Under the pieces are notes generated by a model. That model was given only the letters and a program-made list of their open reading frames with translations, made no database searches and was not told the DNA's origin. The translations under genes were made by a program, and so were the position numbers. This document shows positions 19,216 through 26,552 of a stretch of DNA of 29,206 nucleotides, in pieces. The stretch's first letter is position 1. Each line of letters begins with the position of its first letter. This stretch comes from Promethearchaeota archaeon. GTDB lineage: Archaea; Asgardarchaeota; Lokiarchaeia; Sigyniarchaeales; SOKP01. The DNA lies in NCBI GenBank assembly GCA_018238625.1, contig JABCSY010000051.1, forward strand, positions 1 to 29,206. The letters run 5' to 3'.

Positions 19216-19914
19216 ATGGTTGATGCGTTAGGTTTATTAGATGGTTTGACGGCATCGGGTATTATTTTATCAGCTACGATTTTTGCTTTGCTATCATTAT
19301 ATAAATCGATTAAATTAAAAGCAAAACTGTTAACATGGGCGGCTTTAACAATGCTTTTCATCGGTTTTCTATGGCTTGGTCCATTTATAGATTTTATTTT
19401 GGTTTATTTCACAGGAACCAACATAACACCTACTTACTTTTATTCGATATTAAGTTATATGTGGGTTGCCCCGGCATTAGTTGTCTCGATGTACCTTGGT
19501 GGTTCGCTTTTAATTCCAAAAAAAAAATGGTTCCTAGTTGTAGGTTTTTTAGTCTTAGGAGTTATATTCGAATACTTTCTGTGGTTCTATGCAACTGATT
19601 CTTTCACATGGGTACTTGTTAATCCCGGTCAAGATTTAATTGATGCCAGTTTTGTTAGAAGTCACCCAACCTTTTTGCTAGTTGCTTTTTTTCTCATTGC
19701 AACTCTTGTGTTTCTAGGTTTTGGTTTCTTAATAAAAGCTAAGCAGGCAACTGGAGAGTTGAGAAAAAAATTTATTTATCTAGCATTAGGATTCGTAATT
19801 TTTGTCGTTTGCGGAGCTTTAGATTCTATTGTTCCACCTGGTATTGCTATTGGGTTTGTAAGAGGGGTAATGATGACTTTCGCTTTATGGATGTACCTTG
19901 GCTTTAAAACTTAG
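19216..19914 (+). CDS. Uncharacterised multi-pass (about 7 TM) membrane protein
   Basis: Long ORF with about 7 hydrophobic segments and no soluble domain. Confidence 0.75.
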   Translation: MVDALGLLDGLTASGIILSATIFALLSLYKSIKLKAKLLTWAALTMLFIGFLWLGPFIDFILVYFTGTNITPTYFYSILSYMWVAPALVVSMYLGGSLLIPKKKWFLVVGFLVLGVIFEYFLWFYATDSFTWVLVNPGQDLIDASFVRSHPTFLLVAFFLIATLVFLGFGFLIKAKQATGELRKKFIYLALGFVIFVVCGALDSIVPPGIAIGFVRGVMMTFALWMYLGFKT

Positions 19915-19923
19915 GTAAAAAAA

Positions 19924-19959
19924 TTTATTTTTAATTTTTTTTTTTTTTTTATTTTCTTT
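19924..19959 (+). terminator. Oligo-T archaeal-type terminator between convergent genes
   Basis: Long T tract directly after the stop at 19914. Confidence 0.5.
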
Positions 19960-19961
19960 AA

Positions 19962-21437
19962 TTATTGCCTTATTTCTTGAACATAGTCAAAAATCGTATC
20001 AATTCTATCTTTGATGCTTCCAAACAGCCCTTCTTCTTCAGATACAACCGAGTTTATAGCTGTTTTCAAACCATAATGCCCCTCAGAAATTAATACTCTT
20101 ATAGGGAGGGTTAAAATATCGCTGAATAGCATTAATATTTCTTGCATAATTTTAATAAGTTTTGGGATATTTTCTTCGGTTTTTTCCATCATTGACTGAT
20201 CTGAGGAAATTAAACTATCTTCTCTTTCTTTTCTTAACTCTTCCCAAACATTATCTTTTAGTTCTGAAAAGTTAATGCCTAAATTTTCAAGTGCCATTTG
20301 GGCACCTTCAAAAAGAAAATTAATATCGTCCTTCCCAGAGAATTGTTTTACATTGTCAACCATTTCAGTTGGAGCTAACCCGTCAAGAAAGTTTACTAAT
20401 AATTGGTGGTAATCGTTTATAACATCAATTGGTACGAATAATAGCGTAAATTCTCTTAATTGTTTAAAAAGATATCCCGCAATTTTAGCATAAGTGTCAT
20501 TTTCGAGAGTTTTTTCGATTAATCCCCCATATTCGTTTAGGAGGTGAACCGAGAGAAATCCTATAATTCTTATCATGTCATCTTCGGAATTTCTAAAATA
20601 GTTAAAGAAATGTTCAGGTTCCATGTCTAATTTATCTTCTATGATCTCAGCAACTTTATCTTTAATGCCTTCTAATGGTTCATCGAGCAATTCCTCAATT
20701 TTATCTAAAGACAGTACTTCCTGAAGTTTATCTATGATGTCTAATTTAGTTTCTTGAACGACTTCGTCTTCCAAACTCTCTTCAAAATTGACGCCAGATT
20801 TAATTTTATCTTGAATTCGAGTGCTCATTAGATTTTTCCATTCAATAGTGTCATATATTTTACACATAAATTGAAGAGATTCTTCTCCTTTTGCAATACA
20901 TTTCTGTTCTACTATGTTAATTCGATAATCGTTTCTTTTAATTTTAAGTATGAAATTAGCGACGCTCTCTAACATTCCCGTTAAACCACAAGCAAATCCC
21001 TCGCTATCTTTTCCTTTTACTTTTTGAAAATTAAAAGTATCTTCATTATCTGACCCATATCCCGCACAAAGTGGACAGCTTTTTATTTTAACTATATAAT
21101 CATTATATTTTGAGCCTTCTTTTGGAATTTCTTGGTATGTTAAGTCCCCCTCCTCTAATTCTTTCCCAAAAACAACTACCCACAAGAGCTCAAAATATTC
21201 AACTATTTTTTTTGGACTACCGGGCATCCACTTAAAAACGGCAGTATGACGTTCACAAGATTCTGTTGCAGCTTGTTTTCCGATTTCTCGAAGAATGATC
21301 ACGCTATCTTCTTCATTTTTTGTAATTTCATTTATCTCTTTTAGTATTTCACGGTAAAGAAGAACGTAAAATAAAGAATTAGTGTTTCTACCAAATACCT
21401 TAGTAACCTTTTTTAATAGCCATTGAACTGCTCCCAT
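19962..21437 (-). CDS. Bet3/TRAPP-like (V4R superfamily) domain fused to a long acidic helical C-terminal region
   Basis: LFYVLLYREILKEI...ILREIGKQAA resembles Bet3 LFxLTYGxxV...LxxMGYNIG; V4R-type cysteines CPLC, ACGLTGML and EQKCIAKGE. Confidence 0.65.
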   Translation of the reverse strand: MGAVQWLLKKVTKVFGRNTNSLFYVLLYREILKEINEITKNEEDSVIILREIGKQAATESCERHTAVFKWMPGSPKKIVEYFELLWVVVFGKELEEGDLTYQEIPKEGSKYNDYIVKIKSCPLCAGYGSDNEDTFNFQKVKGKDSEGFACGLTGMLESVANFILKIKRNDYRINIVEQKCIAKGEESLQFMCKIYDTIEWKNLMSTRIQDKIKSGVNFEESLEDEVVQETKLDIIDKLQEVLSLDKIEELLDEPLEGIKDKVAEIIEDKLDMEPEHFFNYFRNSEDDMIRIIGFLSVHLLNEYGGLIEKTLENDTYAKIAGYLFKQLREFTLLFVPIDVINDYHQLLVNFLDGLAPTEMVDNVKQFSGKDDINFLFEGAQMALENLGINFSELKDNVWEELRKEREDSLISSDQSMMEKTEENIPKLIKIMQEILMLFSDILTLPIRVLISEGHYGLKTAINSVVSEEEGLFGSIKDRIDTIFDYVQEIRQ

Positions 21438-21439
21438 AA

Positions 21440-21943
21440 TTAAGCGCCTCCTTCAGAGTATTTAAAACTATGAAGACAAAATTTATTTCCAAACGTCCGA
21501 GATTCGTGAATATCAATTGGTTGTAATATTATTAACGATTTTTCTTTATTAATTAGAGATATAAATTCTGAAATCATTGCTGCAATTATTTCACATCCCG
21601 CAACTTCGATATCGTTAAATGGATATTTGCACAAAGAGCAGTCATTATCCTTAACCCTAACTACCTTCTCAATCTCATCAAGTTCTACTAAAACAGTGCT
21701 GTTTAAAATCTTTTTGTAAATCGTTGTAATAACATCCCTCACATTAGTTAAATTTACAAAATCAATTGGTTTCCAATAATTCACATAAGTACGGGCAATA
21801 TTTCGACCCATTCTTCTGAGTTTTTCTCTTATTTCAGAAACATCATTTATTTTCATGAAGCGTTCTAAATAATATACCATGTTTCGCATTTGATTCATTG
21901 TAGCGTCTGACTGAATTAAATCTTCTCTCGTTAAATTCATCAT
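21440..21943 (-). CDS. Bet3/TRAPP-like (V4R superfamily) single-domain protein
   Basis: EKLRRMGRNIA, DCSLC, GCEIIAAMISEF and ESRTFGNKFC; ends 2 nt before the next gene with GGAGG in its last codons. Confidence 0.7.
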   Translation of the reverse strand: MMNLTREDLIQSDATMNQMRNMVYYLERFMKINDVSEIREKLRRMGRNIARTYVNYWKPIDFVNLTNVRDVITTIYKKILNSTVLVELDEIEKVVRVKDNDCSLCKYPFNDIEVAGCEIIAAMISEFISLINKEKSLIILQPIDIHESRTFGNKFCLHSFKYSEGGA

Positions 21944-22121
21944 TCTTTCAATTTGGGCATATAAATTTGAATAATTATTGAAAAATATGCATCCATATTA
22001 ATATTTTCAATTCATTTAAAAGATGATTAGTATGTTTTTCAAGGAAGAATTATAATCTATATAATCATTTATTTTAACTAACAACTTAGATTAAATTTAA
22101 AAATATTTAGAGGTAATATTA

Positions 22122-22769
22122 ATGGATGCTCAAATGGAAATCTCGTGGTTAGGTCACGCAAGCTTTAAGGTAAAAATGTTTAGTGGAAGGATAATATATT
22201 TAGATCCATACAATATTAAAAATGGTGAAGAAAAAGCTGATATTATAGTTTCTTCCCACAGCCACGGTGATCATTTTTCAAGGTCAGATATTAAGAAGAT
22301 ATGGAAGGATGATACAATTTTATTAGGTCCTGTTAGTATAGCTGACAGTTTAAAAAAATTTGATGGGCAAGCTCTAGAAATTGGGGAAGAATTCGCATAC
22401 AAAGATTTTGCAATCGAGCTTTTTCCGGCATATACAATAAAAAAAGGTACTCATCCTAAAAGCAATAATTGGGTTGGAACGATAATAGAATCGGCAGGTA
22501 AGAGCGTTTATCATGCGGGCGATACGGAAAGGATCCCTGAGATGAAAGAATTAGCTAAGAGAAAAATAACGGTCGCTTTATTACCATGTGGAGGGACATA
22601 TACTATGGATTTTGAAGAAGCTACTGATGCGGCATTAGATATCCAACCTGAAATAGTAGTTCCAATGCATAATTGGGAAAAGGATTTAAACCCATTTAGG
22701 GAACTTATGGCAAAAAAGGATTCCAATATAAAAGTAGAAATATTAACAAAGAAATCTTTGAAAATCTAA
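22122..22769 (+). CDS. Metallo-beta-lactamase-fold hydrolase (UlaG/Lactamase_B_3-like)
   Basis: WLGHASF, YLDPY, SHSHGDH, YHAGDT and VVPMHNW; SD-like GAGGT upstream. Confidence 0.92.
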   Translation: MDAQMEISWLGHASFKVKMFSGRIIYLDPYNIKNGEEKADIIVSSHSHGDHFSRSDIKKIWKDDTILLGPVSIADSLKKFDGQALEIGEEFAYKDFAIELFPAYTIKKGTHPKSNNWVGTIIESAGKSVYHAGDTERIPEMKELAKRKITVALLPCGGTYTMDFEEATDAALDIQPEIVVPMHNWEKDLNPFRELMAKKDSNIKVEILTKKSLKI

Positions 22770-22843
22770 GCAATTTATTTTTACATTTAAATCAGAAGAT
22801 AATTATATATTCTCTGTAATAACAACATAAACTGAGATTTGAA

Positions 22844-23443
22844 ATGATATTGTATAGTGTCGGTGTAAGGGGAGGATTAAAAAGAATAAGTAAAGCCGAT
22901 TTTAAAGAAGATTATGTGTATTTAATTGACGATTTCAAAACAATATATATATGGTTTGGTTCGAACATATCTAAAAAGAGAAAGGATATAACAATAAATA
23001 AGGCAAACTTGTTAAATGAAAAAAAGGACAAAATAGCTAACATTCAAATAATAGATCAAAACAAAGAATATGGTGCTTTTATCGCCATTAAAGATGTTTT
23101 AAGCAAAGGAGTAAAGCAAATAAAAGCCATGGGAAGAAGAGCTGAATTAAAAATTCAAATTGAAGAGACTATGGAGCTCATTGAAGCAGGATTAAATCCA
23201 GATCTCGAGGCAGAAATAACGATCGCAGCAAACAACATTACCCAAAAAAAAAAATCATATAAAGAATTATGCGAAACTTTAGCTCAATTACAGTTAGAGT
23301 TTTTAAAAGGCTCAAAGAAAACTTCTAAGGACGAAATAAAGAAAAAGACGCAAGAAATTTTTAAGTCTTCATCGACATACGAGGAACTTTGCTGGTTAAT
23401 TGCTCAACTAAATACTTTAAACAAAAAAAAATCATTAGATTAG
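22844..23443 (+). CDS. Single-domain gelsolin fused to helical X-type domain (1DGelX-like actin regulator)
   Basis: FKEDYVYLIDDFKTIYIWFGSN...IIDQNKEYGAF is the gelsolin signature; C-terminal half has a duplicated YxELCxxxAQ motif. Confidence 0.82.
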   Translation: MILYSVGVRGGLKRISKADFKEDYVYLIDDFKTIYIWFGSNISKKRKDITINKANLLNEKKDKIANIQIIDQNKEYGAFIAIKDVLSKGVKQIKAMGRRAELKIQIEETMELIEAGLNPDLEAEITIAANNITQKKKSYKELCETLAQLQLEFLKGSKKTSKDEIKKKTQEIFKSSSTYEELCWLIAQLNTLNKKKSLD

Positions 23444-23657
23444 TAAATTCACCATTTATTAGGTAATTAATATTTTTAAATACGATTGGGTTTAATTTTC
23501 GTATTTTTTTTTTAGTTCTGAAATAAAATCCACTACTTTTTCCCTAAGTAGCTTAGTGTTTTATAAATGAAACTAATAAAAGTAATTAAATATTTTTAAC
23601 TAATATTGATCATATTATTTAAAAGATCATTAAGTAAGTACAAGAAACTGAAGTAAG

Positions 23658-24017
23658 ATGATGAGTGTCGAAGTTTTAAAAGAATATGGTATTGAGCTTC
23701 CAAATAACTACGATAATGGAATCGTTATTTGTGATATTTATACAATTTGGTGTGGGCCATGCAAATTTTTAAGTCCAATCTTAGAAAAACTAGAGAGAGA
23801 GGGTTTAATTAAACTATTGCAAATAGATTTAGATCAAAATAGACCTTTAGGCGAAAGATTTGGTGTAACCGCTATTCCAACCTTATTATTTTTCAATAAT
23901 GGCAAATTAGTGGATGGCATAGTTGAAGTACAAGGAAGGAGAGTTATGACTAATGGCATAATGGTTGGAAACTACGGAGAAGCTATAATTAAAGAAACGA
24001 TATCTAAATTAAATTAA
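23658..24017 (+). CDS. Thioredoxin
   Basis: WCGPCK active site and FGVTAIPTLLFF cis-Pro loop. Confidence 0.93.
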   Translation: MMSVEVLKEYGIELPNNYDNGIVICDIYTIWCGPCKFLSPILEKLEREGLIKLLQIDLDQNRPLGERFGVTAIPTLLFFNNGKLVDGIVEVQGRRVMTNGIMVGNYGEAIIKETISKLN

Positions 24018-24140
24018 AATTAAATAGCTCTCTTTTAATACTAAATTATCTATCCCTTTTTTTAAAATTAAAAAGAATTAGTTTAAAATTTAATGCTATT
24101 TAATATTAATATAAGTTTTATAAAAACTAAGTTGATATTT

Positions 24141-24644
24141 ATGGCAACCATAGATTTTGAGTTTCGAAACCAAATTATCCAAAATGACATCGGCAGTACA
24201 TTAGCTTATTGTTATCAGTGTGCTACGTGTAGTGGAGCTTGCCCTGTGGCACAAGTAACAAATGGACGTTATAACCCTAGGAGATTAATTTTGGATGCGC
24301 TTCTTGGGTTAAAAGAAAAAATTTTTGGGAGAGAAAATGCGTTTAGTATATGGGGATGCACAGTTTGTGATACTTGCGATGAAGTGTGTCCTCAAAAAGT
24401 TGAACTTACAGAAATTTTTACAATTTTAAAAAATATGAGTGTTGAAAGAGGTGAAGCTCCAGATTATTACACTACTCAAGCCTCCACTATTTTAGAAAAT
24501 GGTAAAGCAATACCCATGCAACCTGCTATAGAAAGAAGAAGAGATCAACTCGGATTACCAAAAGTTATGTCTCCAGATGTCAATGAAGTAAAAAAGCTAT
24601 TAAAAGCTACAAAATTAGCAGATAAACTAAAAAAAGAAGAATAA
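24141..24644 (+). CDS. hdrC: Heterodisulfide reductase subunit C-like 2x[4Fe-4S] protein
   Basis: CYQCATCSGACP and IWGCTVCDTCDEVCPQ, C-terminal RRDQLGLP. Start moved to the in-frame ATG at 24141 because 24093-24140 looks intergenic. Confidence 0.85.
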   Translation: MATIDFEFRNQIIQNDIGSTLAYCYQCATCSGACPVAQVTNGRYNPRRLILDALLGLKEKIFGRENAFSIWGCTVCDTCDEVCPQKVELTEIFTILKNMSVERGEAPDYYTTQASTILENGKAIPMQPAIERRRDQLGLPKVMSPDVNEVKKLLKATKLADKLKKEE

Positions 24645-24734
24645 TCTTTTTTATTACTCTTTTTTCATAAATATAACTTAAATTAAAATCATTATCGAAT
24701 TTAATCTACATATTTTTAATAGAGGGAATTAAAA

Positions 24735-25505
24735 GTGAGGAAACCAATTATTGGTGGGAATTGGAAAATGAATAAGGGAACCCCTTCAGAAGCTATAGAA
24801 ATGTTGGAGAAGTTGATTCCCTTAGTAAAAGATATTAATTCTGTTGACATTGTGATAGCTCCACCCTTTACAGCCCTATATTCTACGATTGAGTGTGTCC
24901 AAAACACAAATATTATGGTTGGAGCGCAAAACATGCATTTTGAAGAAAAGGGAGCTTTTACAGGCGAGATTTCTCCGTTATTCTTAAAAGAACTCGGGTG
25001 TAAATTTGTAATTCTTGGTCATAGCGAAAGAAGGGATATTTTTAAAGAAACTAACGAATTGATAAACAAAAAATTGAAAAAAGCTTTATCTTTGGGTTTA
25101 AATACGATTGTTTGTATTGGAGAACATCTTGAAGAAAGAGAAACTGGAAGAACAAAAGAAATAATTGAAAATCAATTTAACAATACTTTTAAAGACTTAA
25201 CTAACGAAGAAATGAGTAAAGTTGTTATAGCGTATGAACCAATATGGGCAATTGGCACGGGAAAAACAGCTACTCCAGAGCAAGCTGAAGATATACATCT
25301 TTTTATTCGCGGACTTTTAGCCAAAAACTATGATAAAGAAACAGCAGATACAGTTAGAATTCAATATGGGGGCTCTATAAAACCAAAAAACGCAGAGGAT
25401 ATATTCAAAAAAGATAATATTGATGGAGGATTAGTTGGAGGAGCTTCATTACGGGCAGATTCATTATATGAGGTAATTAAAGCAGCAGAAAAATCCATTA
25501 AATAA
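24735..25505 (+). CDS. tpiA: Triosephosphate isomerase, bacterial/eukaryotic type
   Basis: GGNWKMN, GAFTGEIS, ILGHSERR, AYEPIWAIGTGK, YGGS and LVGGASL; GTG start. Confidence 0.97.
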   Translation: MRKPIIGGNWKMNKGTPSEAIEMLEKLIPLVKDINSVDIVIAPPFTALYSTIECVQNTNIMVGAQNMHFEEKGAFTGEISPLFLKELGCKFVILGHSERRDIFKETNELINKKLKKALSLGLNTIVCIGEHLEERETGRTKEIIENQFNNTFKDLTNEEMSKVVIAYEPIWAIGTGKTATPEQAEDIHLFIRGLLAKNYDKETADTVRIQYGGSIKPKNAEDIFKKDNIDGGLVGGASLRADSLYEVIKAAEKSIK

Positions 25506-25534
25506 ATTAATTTGTTTTTATTTTCTAAATCAAT

Positions 25535-26386
25535 TTATCCTAAAACTTGATTAAATTTAGCCGCAAGCTTTCCGGGAAATTCCCCTAAATAGGATAGGGG
25601 ATCGGCAAATAATAGGTAAAAGTAAGGTTCAAATAATCCGTGGATAGTTGGACCTACTCCTGACTTTATTACGTATACCCATATTTGTTCGTCTGAAATA
25701 TAAGACTGGCGATATATCCATTCTAAAGGCGAGATCTCAGGTATTACGCCAATCTTTCTCAAAATTACTTCTACATCATTCAAAGAATATTTCTTTCCGA
25801 ATACAGCAATAGGTGAAAGATCAAAACAAGTAATACAAATACCATGAAGTCCATAGCTATTCATCTCAGTTAAAAAATCATTTGCTAATTGATTGATCTC
25901 TTTTTCATGTTTTTTTATGCGATTTCTTGCTTCTGAATCTGTTAAAATATCTAATATTTTATCTTCTTCGTTTTGTAATATTTCTAAAGCCGAATCAAGG
26001 GGAATTTTAGGAGATACTACGGAATTATAAATCAATTTTATCTTTTCCCTAACAGATTTTTGAAGTAAGTATGGTTCTGTTTGAGTGGTGATTAAAACAT
26101 CGCCTTTATAACTTGTTTTGTTTAAAGCTCCTTTTTTACTTGCTTTAAATTCAAGATTTTCGATCTTTTTGTCAATACTTCGGGCAAATTCGTATAAAGC
26201 TGAAACTAATCCAGCGTTGAGCTCAAATAGGCTGACAGGATCTAAATTAATATTTGGATCAGAATTACTATGGGAAAAATCAAAAAATCTTAAATATAAA
26301 TTCACACCACTTGGAGGACTCTTTAGTTTTAAATTGTAATAAGGAAATCCCGTGTTAGTAATAACTGAAAGTTCGTAAAATGTCAT
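25535..26386 (-). CDS. Uncharacterised protein with longin-like N-terminal domain and possible second profilin-like-fold domain
   Basis: YELSVITNTGFPYY...LNAGLVSALYEFARSI..KIENLEF matches the longin pattern seen in Asgard proteins; recognition by eye only. Confidence 0.5.
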   Translation of the reverse strand: MTFYELSVITNTGFPYYNLKLKSPPSGVNLYLRFFDFSHSNSDPNINLDPVSLFELNAGLVSALYEFARSIDKKIENLEFKASKKGALNKTSYKGDVLITTQTEPYLLQKSVREKIKLIYNSVVSPKIPLDSALEILQNEEDKILDILTDSEARNRIKKHEKEINQLANDFLTEMNSYGLHGICITCFDLSPIAVFGKKYSLNDVEVILRKIGVIPEISPLEWIYRQSYISDEQIWVYVIKSGVGPTIHGLFEPYFYLLFADPLSYLGEFPGKLAAKFNQVLG

Positions 26387-26552
26387 CTTATCTAAGTATC
26401 TTTACAGAAATTTGAAGAACAAATTATATTTTATTGTATAAATATAGATTTGAGTATATGTATTTAAATTAATATTATGGTTTCATTAGCAAAATATCTT
26501 TTACGATATTAAAGGAGGGAATAAAAATCAATAAAAGGAATTTATTTTTATA

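Noticed and set aside
24093-24140. Longer hdrC N-terminus given in the ORF track
   Set aside because: AT-rich, promoter-like sequence; ATG at 24141 gives a typical HdrC length.
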